A stretch of DNA of 63,768 nucleotides, filler included, from Chiloscyllium plagiosum (GCF_004010195.1; 4 parts of one record of this genome joined end to end with filler, not necessarily neighbours in it), one strand, 5' to 3'. Positions 14,125 through 28,151 are shown, counted from the first letter of the whole stretch. Numbers and translations are program-made. Notes: generated by a model not told the origin, from the sequence alone.

Positions 14125-14915
14125 ACATAGTGTGTATTTTCAATGATATAGAAGATTGAGAATTTGGAGAAATAAATAGCAACATCTTGAAAAATGTCCA
14201 AATTACAGGGGACGTGGTGCTGGACATCTTAAAAATGTGTAAAGGTGGATAAATCCCCAAGACCTGATCAGGTATACCCTCAAACTCTGTGGGAAGCTAG
14301 GGAAGTGATTGCTGGGCTCCTTGCTGAGATATTTGTATCATCAATAGCCACAGGTGAGGAGCAGGAAGACGAAGTTGGTGAACGTAGTGACACTATTTAA
14401 GAAAGGTGGTGAAGAAAAGACTATGGACTGGTAAGCCTGACATCAGTGGTGGGCAAGTTGTTGGAGAGGATCCTGAGGGACAGGATTTACATGTATTTGG
14501 AAAGGCAACAACTGATAAAAGATGGTCAACATGGCTTTGTGCAAAGGAAATAGTATCTCACTAACTTGATTGAGTTTTTTGAAGTAGTAATGAAGAGGAT
14601 TGATGAAGGCAGAGTGGTGGATGTGATCTATATGGACTTCAGTAAGGCATTTGACAAGGTTCATCATGGTAGACTGGTTAGCAAGTTTAGATCAGTGAAT
14701 AAAGGGAGAACTAGCCATTTGGAGGTCTTGAAAGTAGACAACAGAGGTGGTGGTGGTGGATTGTTTTTCAGACTGGAGGCCTGTTATGAGTGGTGTGCTG
14801 CAAGGATTGGTGCTGGGCCCACTGCTTTTGGTCATTTATATCAATGATTTGGATATGAACCTCAGAAGTAAGGTTCATGAGTTTGCAGATGACACCAATA
14901 TTGGAGGTGTAATGG
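14125..14915 (+). mobile_element. CR1 LINE ORF2 RT fragment
   Basis: KVDKSPRPDQVYP, QHGFVQRK, VDVIYMDFSKAFDKVHHGRL, SGVLQGLVLGPLLLVIYINDLD and FADDT motifs. Confidence 0.92.
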
Positions 14916-17221
14916 ACAGTCAAGAGCTTCACTTTTCTGACATAAAAATAGAGTGACCATCACCTCTCTGATACAGCAGAGGACAGTAAACTGGGAGCTG
15001 CCAAAGATGACTCTTACTCCAACCTGGAAGGCTCTGAACATGCAGAAATCAAGGATCACATTCACCTCCAGTCGCCGAGAGTTCTGTCCTCATTCTGAAC
15101 CAAGACTGTAGTCTGCTTACAGGAGGGGCAGTGGTCTGCGAGCACCTGTAAATCATAAAATGCATATGATACACACACCTGCTTAGGTGAAGGCAAGAGA
15201 AATTCTCCTGGAAATCTGCAGGTGTATCAGGTCTCCTCTCCCACTCTGCCCTTGTGGACAGTGTGTCCTCTGTGTTGCACATATTCGAGCCCAGAAGTAC
15301 TGATTAATATAGGGCACATCTCTCAGATTAAGCATTCTGCTATGAAATGTTGAAGTCATGAAAATATTTTTCAAGCAAAGAATCACTTCCTCCCTACTTG
15401 ACCAATGTTTCACAGATCTGCAAATCACCAAAGTACTAGTACAAATTAATTAACACCATTCTGCTGCTGAGCTCACATTTAGCTGTGTTTAAAAGAGGTG
15501 GTTAAGCAGGAACACAGAGGTCAAATATAAAAGCCAATGTCAAATCAACATTACATACTTACTGACATCGCAATCTGCTAACTCAGCGTTCTTCCATCCT
15601 TACAACTTTAAAAAAAACGTCAGAAATCAGAAACAACATTAATTCTGACATTTAAACATTAATTCTGCGTTCTCTCCTTAGATGCTGCCAGACCTGCTGA
15701 GTTTTTCCAGCAATTCTGGATTTGTTCCTATCCAAGATGGTTTGTGTTGAGGGCAAGCTCAGAAGAACAGGAATATTTTATTCAGATTCCATTTTGGTCC
15801 CAAAACAGCATTTATTGCACTGAAACTATGAGTGCTACAGAGCTCCATTTTATAGGCATTGAATCTAAAGTCAGCAAACATGCTCAAGGGAAGTCTGCAA
15901 AGACAAGCTTTGAAGAAAAGCGTGCAATTCCCAAATGTTTTATTCCAATGACTTTTGTCAGCTGCATAATTATCTGACTGTTCAACTAAAAACACTTGAT
16001 TCAGGCTTACATAGTGTCTGCAGGAGATATTACATATGCAATCCTCACTGTCTAGAGGTTGTGGGTTAACTTCCTGATGATGAAACCACAAAAGTGGTTG
16101 CTCTACACCTGAAACGTTTTCTCAATAAATTAAAAAAGATATTTTAAGTGCCTGAACATTGTGTAAAGTTTTGTGGATGACACAACTTGTGGGAAGAAAA
16201 CTCGTTATTAGTCTTTGTACGTGTGCATTTATCTCATCTTCAAAACAAATTACTCACTTTTAAACTGAATGTCATGTAGTGTGAGAGACAGAATAAATGC
16301 ACATTTATTTAACCCTCTGCCCTCATCAGAACCAAATTCTTGCATGAATTATGTTTCCTCTTGGAGGCATGGGAGTTCCAGACCTTGCTTATCAATGACT
16401 TCGAAAAATAATTTCCATTTTCCACCTCTGATTGATCAAGACCTTGCCCTGAGAAATGAACCTGAAACCGACAGTCAATTGTTTTGTTTATCTGAAGCAG
16501 GTATGTTTCCCTGTCTACAACTAACAGGACTTTATGCATTAATATATAACTTTCAGTATATTAACTATTGCAGGCAGCCAAAGCAATATGTTAGTTGATA
16601 CTATCCAGCAGTATCTAGGGTGAACAATCACCTCAAGGGTGGCGTTGGAATCCATGTACCACATTTCTCATTTGTGTGGCAAGCTGAACGTTTTTTGGCT
16701 AATTGCAGCAGGAAACTGCTAGTTTCACCTGTTAATCAAACCTTTGAGAAATCTTGGTAATCTAAAGTAGGGCTCTTCCAGGACCAAACATGACAAATGC
16801 ATGATAGTGAGAAATGATCTCTTCAGCGTAGCCATTATCCTGAGCAAAGGGTTTGATGTGCCTATTTTAGCAGTAAGATTGCATGACAAACAGGTGGACT
16901 GGGGCCAATTTACAAAGTTTCTGACAAGGCCAATCCTTACCATGCTTGGAACTGTCGACATCGCAACATTTATATTGATCAGTGACAGTAGACTTAAGGT
17001 ATCTAGCAGGAGAGAAACACCTGGCTGATTTCTCAACTATTTCTACCAGGCAAACTGTATACAATTCGCGGACACTATATTAGAGCTACAGTTCCCTCAC
17101 TAGACTTATCTCTTGATCATGCATACCTTCCAGAAGTTGTGACACCTGCAATGATATATCTTCTTACATACAATGACAGGACTTAACCAGCGCCTTTGAC
17201 CACCATGAGACTGCACCCCAG

Positions 17222-17991
17222 ACTCAAGCTCTTCATAGAAAATAACTTTGGTAAGCCAGTATTAGACATTCCGACATCATAACCAGCCTAACTTAGCTGT
17301 GACTGCCTCAATATGGTGTGGTGATTGGTGAAGAAATGCACAAAACCTAAAGGAAAAAAAGCCTTTAAATCATAGAATCAGAATAAAGTGGAGGTCCTTT
17401 AGCCCACCAAAAATATACTGCAACCTACACTAGACCCAGAGCCTTAAATATTGTGACACTCCATGTTATTTTAAACTATGAGGCTACCTGCCTCAAATAG
17501 CCATCCAAGCAGTGCATTCCAGATCCCCACCAAAGTGTGTGTAAAAGTGGTTTCTTTAATTTCTTCTAAGCTTCCACTTGCCTTTTCATTTTAAAAATGT
17601 GCCTTAACTCAAGCTCTTCATAGAAAATAACTTTGGTAAGCCAGTATTAGACATTCCGGCATCATAACCAGCCTAACTTAGTTGTGACTGCCTCAATATG
17701 GTGTGGTGTTTGGTGAAGAGATGCACAAAACCTAAAGGAAAAAAAAGTCTTTAAATCATAGAATCAGAATAAAGAGGAGGTCCTTTGGCCCACCAAAAAT
17801 ATACTGCAACCTACACTAGACCCAGAGCCTTAAATATTGTGACACTCCAAGTTATTTTAAACTATGAGGCTACCTGCCTCAAATAGCCTTCCAAGCAGTG
17901 CATTCCAGATCCCCACCAAAGTGTGTGTAAAAGTGGTTTCTTTAATTTCTTCTAAGCTTCCACTTGCCTTTTCATTTTAAAAATGTGCCTT
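17222..17991 (+). repeat. Tandem duplication, two copies of a 385-bp unit
   Basis: actcaagctcttcatagaaaataac... begins at 17222 and again at 17607; both copies end ...aaaaatgtgcctt; roughly ten point differences by eye. Confidence 0.95.
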
Positions 17992-18870
17992 TTGTTTCCT
18001 TGAGTTTAATTAACAACAACAGCTGCTTTCTCATCACTGTCCATGACACTCAATCTCATACACCTCACACCCCTCCCTTCCCCCCCAATCCTCTCTACTC
18101 GAAAGAAAACAACCCAAGCTTATCAAGCTGAAATGCTCTGTCCAATGTAACATTCTGGTGAAACTCCTCTATACCCTCTCCATTCTAATCACATCCTTCC
18201 TATAGTGTGATGACCAGAACTGCACACAATATTCCAGCTTTGGCTTAACCAAAATCCTATTCAGCTTCAAAAAAATCCTCCCTGCTCCTCTAGTGGATGC
18301 TGTGACTGATAAGGCAATTGTCCTACATACATTGTATCGAGATTATATACAACATATATCCTGTTAGATCCCTGAAGGTGGTGGCTGGATGGGTTATGTA
18401 CAAGCACGCCAAGATCCCTCTGAGCATCCTCGAACCCTACCTTTCAGTCAGTATCCCCTTGTATTGTTGCTTCTTCCAAAGTGTGTCACCTCACATTTAT
18501 CAGAGTTTAATTTCATCTGCCACTGATTTCCCCATCTGACCAACCCATCCATATTTCCCTGTAACCTAAGACCTTCCTTCTCACTGACAACCACTCAGCC
18601 AATTTTTGGCATTTGCGTCTCTTATAAATATCAAAAATACTAAGGGAGCCAGAACTGATCCCAGAACATCACCAAACACCAGCCTCCAGTCAGAAGAATA
18701 GTCTTCCACCACCATCCTGTTTCCTGCCACTAAGCCAACTTTGGATCTGAATTATCCTGGATTCAATGAGCTTTTTAAATTTCTTTCCAGTTTCCCATAT
18801 GGAATTTTGTCAAAAGTTTTGCTGAAATCCATTCAAACTATATCAACTGCCATACCGTCATCTACTCTAT
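17755..18870 (-). mobile_element. Old CR1 LINE 3' portion (tail also duplicated at about 17370-17605; continues at 19842-20440)
   Basis: Plus strand reads as CR1 antisense: tcatagaatc tail, gaccagaactgcacacaatattccag, ttgtcaaaagttttgctgaaatccat (antisense of a MDFSK.FDK motif). Confidence 0.75.
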
Positions 18871-18872
18871 AT

Positions 18873-19841
18873 TCAGTTAGTAAGTTTGCAGATGATAACA
18901 AAATTGGAGATGCAGTGGACAGACAAGAAGGTTACTTCAGAATAAAATGGAATCTTGATAAAATGGCCCAGTGGGTGAGGAGTGGCAGATGGAGTTTAAT
19001 TTAGATAAATGTGAGGTGCTGCATTTTGGAAAGGCATATCAGGGCAGGACTTATATACTTAATGGTAAGGTCCTGGAGGGTGTTACTGAACAAAGATCTT
19101 GAAATCCAGATTCATAGTTCCTTGAAAGTAGAGTTCCAGGTAGATAGGATAGTAAAGGCAGTGTTTGGTATACTTGCCTTTGTCAGTCAGTACATTGTGT
19201 ACAAGAATTGGGAGGTCATATTGTGGCTGTACAGAACATTGGTTAGGCCACTTTTGGAATACTGTGTTCAATTCTGGTCCCCCCCCCCCCCTGTTATTGG
19301 AAGGATATTGTGGAACTTGAAAGGGTTCAGAAAATATTTAAAGGATGTTGCCAGAGTTGAAAGGTTTGAGCCATAGGGAAAGGCTGAATAGGCTATGGGG
19401 TGAATTCCCTGGAGCAGAGGCGGAGGGGCAACCTTATAGACTTCTATAAAACCATGAAGGGCATGAATATGGTAAATAGACAAGGTCTTTTCCCTGGAAT
19501 GGGAAAAGGAGTGGGGAAGAGGAGGAGGAGGAGGAGGAGTAGGGGGAGTCCAAAACTAGAGGGCATAGGTTTAAAGGTCAGAGGGGAAAGACGTTAAAAA
19601 AAAAGAGACCCCTAAGGGGCACGCAGAGAGTGGTGGATGTATGGAATGAGCTGCCAGAGGAAGTGGTGGAGGAAGGCACAATTACATTTAAAAGTCATCT
19701 GGATGGGTATGATTAGGAAGGGTTGCAAGAGATATGGACCAAATGCTGGCAAGTGGGACTAGATTAATTTGGGATATCTGGTTGGTATGGACAATTTGGA
19801 CTGAACAGTCTGTTTCCATGCTGTACAGTTCTAGGACTCTG
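18873..19841 (+). mobile_element. Younger CR1 3' fragment nested in the older antisense CR1
   Basis: SKFADDNKIG, LYRTLVRPLLEYCVQFWSP and a tail gtttccatgctgtacagttctaggactctga. Confidence 0.9.
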
Positions 19842-20440
19842 ACACACTTGAAAGTTCAACAAAATTTGAGAGGCATGACCTCCTCTGACAAAGCTATCCC
19901 TGATCAAACCTTGCATATTTAAATGCAGATTAATTTTCTCCTTCACGATTTTCCTGAATAGTTTCCCTTCCACTGATGTAAGACTCACTGGTCCCTAGCT
20001 CCCAGGGTTATCCCGACCACTCTTCTGGTAAAGTTGAACCACATTAGCAGGCCTCCAGTCCTCTGGCACCTCCCAAAGCTAAAATGATTTTTAAAAACTT
20101 GGATTTCCTCCCTCTTCTCCCACAGTAGCATGGGGATTTGCCCACTTTTAAACCGACCAAACACTCCAATAGCTCCTTGCTACTTGTATCAATCTGCTCA
20201 AGAACCTTACTGTCACAATCAATATATATTCTCAAATTCTGAATTTGCTTCCTCCTTCTCCCAAGCAAAGTCCAATATGAAGAACGCATTTAATGCTCTA
20301 CCCATGCCCTCTGGTTTCACAAACAATTTGCCCCCTTGGACCTTAATGGGCCTTACTCTTTCCCTGGTTATTCTCTTCCCCTTGATATACTTGTGTCACA
20401 TCTTGGGATTCTCTAATCGTAACAGCCACCATTTTTCATG
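19842..20440 (-). mobile_element. Old CR1 ORF2, continuation of 17755-18870
   Basis: Minus ORFs read SLTSVEGKLFRKIVKEKINLHL and LKVGKSP. Confidence 0.75.
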
Positions 20441-21507
20441 TAGGTAAAAAAAGCAATAAGTCCTTTAAACGTTTGGATTTGCAAGGGCGGGTATGACAGT
20501 TAGCATTTTTTGAATCCTGGCTTATTCGGTAACTGAGATATCTTCAGTAAATGTCACGGCTAGGCTGGAGTCAGAACAAATTAACGATCATAGATTGAAG
20601 CTAGAGACAAAGAGTTAGGAAATGTGCCAGCATGACAAAGAGACAATACTAAAGTAAAGGGAATAGTTGGACCCAGATTCGTAAAAGCAAGGCCAGTAGA
20701 AAATCCTGTCAATTACCCAAGAGATTAGCAAAGACATATCAGGTATTATCTACACTGCAGAAAATTAGAAGATCATGTGGCAAAAATTAAAGACTGCAGA
20801 TAATGAAAACCTGAAATAAAGCAGAAAATGCTGAAAAACAACAGGTTTAGTAGCATCTGTTGAGAGGAATGGAGTTAAAGTCCAATATGACTCTCTTTCA
20901 GCACTAGTATGGTTTTTAATAAGGTGATCATTTTGAACCCCTGGGAAGCTCAAGACAATAGTATTGACTGCAATATCTGGATAAGAGGGGCAAAAGGATG
21001 GATCAAAGGCTGTTAAGTATTTCCGTTCAGGGAACAAAGCAGAATTGTTGCTGGTGGGCACAAAGGCAATAATGGATGATTGTCAGAGCAACTAAGTGCA
21101 ACTTTGAGAAACAATGGGTTTGAAGAGGTCAAGATGCTTTGGCACAATGTCAGGTGCAGTTTTTACACAAGACAGCAGAGCAGGAGCATCTGAAAAGGAG
21201 GCAATTATTTTCTATGTACATGGGACAGAACTAAAACCCATAGCCATTTATACAACATCTATGCTATAGTTCAAACTCAGGGAAACACTTACTTCCCATC
21301 ACCTATTGAATCCAGAGTCTGAATTATTCCCTGTTTCCAAAGATGACCATAGTCCTCTGCACTAATTCTCTTCGCACAGGATTGGCCAGGAGGAGAAGCA
21401 ACAATTTATTAGATTCACACTCAGCTTCTTCCGAGGCCAGCACCTGCTACCATATCACTCAAACACAATTAAATATCTAGCAATGAACAAATGCCATCCA
21501 ATTTAAT

Positions 21508-21815
21508 GATTAGATTAAATTCCCTGCAGTGTGGAAACAGGCCCTTCAGCCCAACAAGTCCACACCAACCCTCCAAGGAGCAACCCACCCAGACCCATTC
21601 CCATACACCTAACACTATGGATAATTTAGTATGGCCAACTCACCCGACTGGCACATTTTTGGACTGTGGGAGGAAACTGGAGCACCCGGAGGAAACCCAC
21701 TCAGACATGGGGAGTCTGTACAAACTCCACACACAGTTGCCAGAGGTGGGAATTGAACCTGGGTCCCTGGCACTCTGAGGCAGCAGTGCTAACTGCTGAG
21801 ACACCGTGCCACCCT
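21508..21815 (-). mobile_element. HE1-type SINE
   Basis: Reverse complement begins gggtggcacggtgtctcagcagttagcactgctgcctca and ends in a ...ttaatctaatc tail. Confidence 0.92.
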
Positions 21816-22206
21816 AATGCCATAAGGACTTGTTAGGAAAATTCAAGGGAAAGGAAAACAGCAACAAATTACTAAAATTTGGACTTGAACAGACTCAGAA
21901 TTGAACATACTCCATTTTGAAGTCTACACGACAGGAAAGCTGGTAAAACCTATCTGCTGGGATAAAATAGTTTGGGATCTAATCAAACAAAGGCCTCTAT
22001 CCATAACTCACTGTAATTTTGGTAATATCTAATGAAATTTGTACATAATTGCTATCATGCAATAAAATACATTTTATTCAAGACAAGAGTCTCTTGTAGT
22101 TTTTCCTCTACCACTAAATCAAGTCAGCCCCTCGACCCTGTCAAAGTGAATGGGGATATAAAATTACTCAAAGGGAATCTGGTAGTAGTTGGCATCATAA
22201 CACAAT

Positions 22207-22577
22207 GAGGAGAAAGTGAGGACTGTAGATCAGAGTCAAAAGGTGCGGCGCTAGAAAAGCACAGCCAGTCAGGCAGCATCCGAGAAGCAGAAGCATCGAC
22301 GTTTCGAGCATAAGCCCTTTATCAGCAACGTGGAGGGTGGCTGAAAGAAAAAAGGGAGGGGGTGGGGCTCGGGGCAGGGTAGGTAGGTAGGAAGAAATGC
22401 AATAGGTAGACGAAGGTAGAGGGTGATGGTGATGTTTCCCACCTTCATCTATCTATCGCCACCTTTCCCCATCCCCATTTCTCTCTCAGATCTCTTGCTA
22501 ACCCCCCACCCCCACATTCCTGTGGAAGAGATTATGCTCAAAACATTGACTCTCCTGCTCCTCAGATGCTGCCTGAC
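22207..22577. mobile_element. Foldback Penelope-like element (family B)
   Basis: Inverted pLTR pieces (gtcaggcagcatccgaga / ctcagatgctgcctgac), a hammerhead-like core on the minus strand at about 22295-22325, and TSD cataacacaat / catagcacaat. Confidence 0.75.
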
Positions 22578-24567
22578 CATAGCACAATCACTCAGGGAAA
22601 GCGAACCAATCAACAGATGGCCTGTTGATGACAATGGGTTGACACTGTTGCCATAAATAACGACACCATTTTGAGTGACATGGACCAAACAAGAAGAGAG
22701 GTTTCTTGAGGTAATTGTGTTAGCAATCAGTAATAGAGAAAACAGTGCATTAAGTACCTTCCCATGTGCATAAGTATTCCATAGAGAAAAAGTGGGATGA
22801 CTTGCTGCACCTTGTACAATTTCCTATTGTCAACAGTTCTCTACAGAGAAGCAAAACTCAGTAGAAGATTAGATATTGAGCCTCAGAGCAGGAGACTGTT
22901 AAATCTTGCCCCAAATGATAGGGTCATGCTGTCGGAATGCCTTGCCCCTTCTCTCATGGGTCAGTGAACAGAAGACTCAGACCTGATCAAATACAAGTGG
23001 AGATTTTACAATATTGTGTGGAAAATTGGAAGTTTTATTTTGAAAATTTAAGATTATGTATAATATAAACCTTTAATACAGCAATTTGTAAATGCAAATA
23101 CTAAAAACTTTGAGTTATTCTAAAACTAATAAACTTGAAAAAAAAACAAAAAAATTGCACAACTGGTATTACACTTTACCAACCATCTTCCTGGATTGCA
23201 ATTTCTTTTCTCAACCTTCCTGCCACTGCATCAATCTGATTCAACGTTGAGGACCAAGCTGAAGTAGGATGCCCTAAAATCTACCACTTCTCTCAGAGTA
23301 TCACCAATATCCTTCACATCCAGTTGAGCTCTTCCAATATTTACCCCAACTCCTGCATGTTTTACCAGGTGTTGTAGTTAATGCAGCTACTGAAGAGGTT
23401 CTGGAATGATGCCAGCTTAATTATGCTTGGACTAGTGCCTTTTGATTGTTACTGCCATTCATAAATCAGGAATACTGCTCCCTGCATCCTAAGATTGCGA
23501 TCCTGAACGTCTTCATGCAGCCTGGCATTAGGCTGGATTCCAGGGTGGTGCTGCAGAAGCATTAGCCACTCAGTAGACTAGCTGACTAACAGGACAGAAT
23601 TAATCTGTAGCCTCAGTCAATGAGTCCTACCTATTATATATTGTTTCCACCCCTCTCCGAGGAAGCCAAAAGGTTCCAGCAATGCAGAGAAAATTAATAG
23701 GACAAGAACCAAAACAGGCATGCCATACAGTCCCTCAAGCCTTTTCTACCATGAAACAAAGTCATGACCTAACTTCTCCATCAGGTCCAGTTTTATGCCT
23801 TGACCCAATGTCGTTTGGTTCTCCTCATCAGTCTTCATTTTATTCATTGTCCAAGCATCCACAGCTCTCTAGGGTGGAAAATAGCGAAGATTGACACTTC
23901 TAATTTAAGAAATATCCCATCTGAGCCCTAAATAATATATCCCTTATATTGATACTGTGGCCTCTGATTGCAAATTCTGCAGCAAGAAGGAAGCAGCCTG
24001 TTAGCATTTACCATGGCAACAAAATTTCATACATTTGAATAATCCCATATCATCTTTCAAAACTCCAGAATGTAAGCCCACTTTGCTTAATCTTTCTTTG
24101 TTCACCAACCCTTCTATGTCACGAACCAATCTAGTAACCCTTCGCTGTTCCTTCTTAGTTTAGAAGACCAATATTTCCTATTTACAGTCTTTGTTTTTCT
24201 ATGAACTGTAGCAGGGTAAAGAAAAGACTTTAAGAAACATTGCTTATGCTACAAGCCATAGTGGCAATACTCCACTAGGTTCCTGGTGAAACATTGTTAA
24301 ACAACCAACAGGTAAATATACTCAGTGAGTTACATACTTGTTGCAGCCAAAATTGTGTTCACTATAGACACAGTCACGCAATTCAACATCTAATTGTGGA
24401 GAACCAATGCACAAAGAATTGAGACTCATCACTCTTCACCCTTCCTTGCACTTAGTAGAAAGCTAGAAGGAAACATGAAATAGTGTTATGAGCATTTGTA
24501 GGAACACTTGTACCTATAAGCAGTGGGCAGAGGGAACTTGGCCACTCCAAAGTCACACTACCCTGAG

Positions 24568-24860
24568 GGGGTGGTATGGTGGCTCAGTGGTTAGCACTGT
24601 TGCCTCAAAGCACCAGAGACCCAAGGTTCAATTCAATCCTCAGGTGGAGTTTGCACATTCTCCTCACGTCTGCATGGGTTCCTCCCACAGTCCAAAGATG
24701 TGCAGGTTGTGGATTGTCTATGCTAAATTGCCTGCAGCATGCAAGATAGGTGGACTAGCCATGGATAATACAGGGATAGAATGGGGGTTGGGTCTGGGTG
24801 GCATGCTCTGAGGGATATTGTGGACTCAATGGGCTGAATGGCCTGCAGGGATTCTATGAT
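24568..24860 (+). mobile_element. HE1-type SINE, diverged
   Basis: gggtggtatggtggctcagtggttagcactgttgcctca...gtggagtttgcacattctcc. Confidence 0.88.
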
Positions 24861-26260
24861 CATTTTGCTGGAGTGTTATAGATTGGACATGGCAGCAGGT
24901 ATTGAAAATTTAAGTTTTTAACCTGACAATTCACATAATTAAAGATGTGCCTCACTCTAGCAGCTATGCATCAATACATACTTTCTGATGTATTCTTTCA
25001 CTATTAACCCTGATGGAAAAAAGTTTAACATACCATTGAAGCAGGTGGGTCTTAAACTCAAGTCGACTGGTCTAAAAATATTGACAACCACTGTATCACA
25101 AGTACCCTCACTTTCTGATGATCAGAATTCTAAACTGGTTTAGTTTGGTTTTGTCCTGCCCCACTCCCTCCCACGTTTCTACAAGTTGAGCACCTAAATT
25201 CCATTATAAAACCAAAGTCATCCTTCTTACTATCAGCCATCTGCAGAGAGGGAAGAGTTAAAAATGCTTCAGTTCATTTACAGACTGATTTAAATTAATC
25301 ACTACAAAGATTTACAAGACAGGGACACAATAGCTATTTATCTCATAAATCAGCCTTACTCTGAAGGGGAAATTTGCATTTTTTCACTTTTTAACATAAC
25401 ATACCTCAACACCTCGATGTCCCTGATTTCTGTTTCAGGAACAGACCAGTAATAATAATTGATTACTCCGATTCACTGAAGATTTATATCTAGATTTAAT
25501 TAATTTGCACAGGAACAGGAGCTCAATTTTCTTGCTACATTCTTTAAGGAAAGACAATTCACAACTGATGCAAACCATCACAAAACAAATGTCACTGCAC
25601 TTCAATAACTACAAAACTCATATCTTCAGTTTCCACTATTTCCTTTTCCCCCTCTCAAACTAACTTTTCAATGAAGCTTAAAAAAAAACTAAATGCCCCA
25701 GACTCTAATTACTTAAAGTGTAATTATTAGACAAATCTAGCTGTTAGTTGCTAATTGTGGAAAACCTGCAGTCTACAAGTTTGTATTGCTGTTTGACTAA
25801 CAATATTGACTTCAATCAAGCAAAGCTGTCAGAATTTTTCTTCTAGGTATAATCTCTCAGCAATAGGTGATCTAAATCAGTTGCAATCAGGAATGAATTA
25901 AACACCAGAAAGTAGTGAGTTAAACCAAACTGAAGATCAACAAAACTTCCTTCAACCAGAGCTTTCTGGAGTGAGAAAGCTTAATTCAATTATTTATGAT
26001 CCTGGAAGTGTTTCTCAAAAAGGACACAGGTAGAAAAGGTGGACCTTCAAAAGAAATTAGAGGCCATAGCCTGTACCTTCAGAAGTATTAGGAACAGGAA
26101 AGCAATACCAGACAACCACTGTGGGTCTCTATCTCTATTGAACTGCTAACATTTTTTTTTAAAAAGTCACTTGTTCAGAAACATTATGACATACCTCCAA
26201 AGCAAGTAGGACTTGAACTCAGGCCTTTTAGGCTCAAGGACACTACCACTGAAGTCCAAA

Positions 26261-26421
26261 GTTAACAAAAATCACACAACACCAGATTATAGTCCAACCA
26301 GTTTAAGTGAAAGCACTAGCTTTCAGAGCACTGCTCCTTCAGCAGGTGGTTGTCAACTAGTGATGAAGGAGCAGCACTCCAAAAGCCAGTACTTCCAATT
26401 AAACCTGTTGGACTATAACCT
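26261..26421. mobile_element. Family A foldback Penelope-like element, cut by gap
   Basis: aaaaatcacacaacaccagattatagtccaac...cttccaattaaacctgttggactataacct. Confidence 0.85.
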
Positions 26422-26521
26422 NNNNNNNNNNNNNNNNNNNNNNNNNNNNNNNNNNNNNNNNNNNNTTAATTAATTAANNNNNNNNNNNNNNNNNNNNNNN
26501 NNNNNNNNNNNNNNNNNNNNN
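26422..26521. other. Assembly gap, 100 bp with TTAATTAATTAA linker
   Basis: N-run with an embedded all-frame-stop spacer; identical design at 57392 and 62011. Confidence 0.98.
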
Positions 26522-26647
26522 GATGAAGGGCTTTTGCCCGAAACGTCGATTTTGCCTGTCCTCGGATGCTGCCTGAATTGCTGTGCTCTTCCAGCACCAC
26601 TAATCCAGAATCTGGTTTCCAGCATCTGCAGTCATTGTTTTTACCTC
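26522..26647 (+). mobile_element. Family B Penelope pLTR end with minimal hammerhead core
   Basis: (ct)GATGA-agggc-tttt-gccc-GAAAC-GTC followed by gatgctgcctg...ccagcatctgcagt; the first two core bases fall in the gap. Confidence 0.8.
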
Positions 26648-27779
26648 TATGAAACACAACTAGCTGAGATACATGTCTGTCAGGATGAATTTTGGTAATA
26701 TGTTGAAACTAGCTCCTGTGTTGATTTTAGCTTGTAGTCTGTGTCCTGCCTTTACAGAACATATGATGTTAATGGTTGTAAATACATCTGATTACATTCT
26801 GCTGCAAACGTGATTTGTGAGATTAACAATTTGGGAAACCTTCTTATATTTAGAAGTTAGCCATTCACTTTGTTGACTCTGAAATTTGTTAATGCATTTG
26901 CGAACTTACTGCTAGTTATGGTGTTATACCATCTTGTTGGTCACCTGTGTTTTGTTCTGTGGTCTGGCTTAGACTTTGGAACCAGGTTTCCTGCACATTT
27001 ATGCATACTGTCTCTTGGTAGCAGACTTCAAAGAAATTACCAAAGAACTTGAAGATTCAGCTGGGCACTTGCACTATGCTTAGAATCTTCCAAAAATATC
27101 AGTTTAAATCAGGATTTTTGGAGGGTTCTGATGAAATTAAGTAAACAATTACTAGGAAAAGTGATACCATTAAATATATAGTCAGACTCCTGAGTAACTA
27201 TTCAACTGAACCCATACAAAATTCACACACCTCAACTATACCTCTCCCAGATGTCACACACCCTGACACCACACTCTCTTCACTCAGGACTTGACATTCC
27301 TTTGAGATCTGGCACCACCCTTCCCCAATTCTGGGCCTGTATCCCCCTTCTCCTGCTCTGGACCTGCTCTCCGCTTCCATCACTGCAGACCAATCTTCAC
27401 CCACTCCCACCACTCTCCCTTGTCTCCTGCTACAGCAACCCACCATCTCTCACCCAACCCAACCTTCTGTTTCACTTTCTGGCCCTCTTAACACTTTGCA
27501 CCCTGGCATCCTATCCACCTGTCAGCCCATCACCCTCTGACACCCAACCCCCGGCAACCTACCTCATACCCATTTGGTAACCTGCCTACTTGGGACCTCT
27601 GCCCCTGTAATCCCAGCCTTACTCACTTGGTACATATTGTCACATGGCACCTTAACTCCTACCAGCTGGCATCTAACCCTCCCAGCATCCTAATTTCATA
27701 TTTATCTTATGTATTTAATGTTTGACAGCTGCTATAAAAGTGGCTTTTGTAAAAAGTGATTCTGGGCATTTAAACTTCA

Positions 27780-28140
27780 AATTAAGGCAAGTGACTGCGA
27801 TGAAAAGGGGCCATGTTTTGGCTTCCTCAGATAGTTTTGAAATTCAAGAGAACTGTCAGGATAGAAGTATGGCTCTGCATTTCAGCAATGTGGAACTCTA
27901 TCTTCTAAAAAAGAAGGAATGGAGCAGAAATCTGGACAAAATTGCAGAAATTCATGTTCAGTTCAATGTGAAGGGAGCAACAGTGAGAATATCGAGGAAA
28001 CTGTCGATGCCTTATCCACAGCGAGCTCTGCCTGTGAGCAGACCCCTAAAAATAGCAAAACATTTGCGAAACGATCATACCAAAGAAATTGCATGACATG
28101 GCAGTCTGCTGAGACAGTGTACCCCGCAAACTACAACACA
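27780..28140 (+). mobile_element. Possible Harbinger-associated Myb/SANT-like ORF remnant
   Basis: QDRSMALHFSNVELYLL resembles the APRFS.xELE.L start of MSANTD/Harbinger DNA-binding ORFs; preceded by a C-rich low-complexity tract at 27200-27700. Weak. Confidence 0.3.
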
Positions 28141-28151
28141 ACCAACCCTGT

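Noticed and set aside
16725..17036. Faint olfactory-receptor-like LSLI...STVPSM string
   Set aside because: No other GPCR motifs (MAYDRY, KAFSTC, PMLNP) and far too short.
2705..25489. Selenoprotein reading of the in-frame TGA codons in candidate exons
   Set aside because: No SECIS seen, no redox-motif context, and the exons themselves are unproven; CGA-to-TGA decay or chance is simpler.
26466..26477. TTAATTAATTAA palindrome repeated at three places
   Set aside because: Always centred in a 100-bp N-run; it is an artificial scaffolding spacer.
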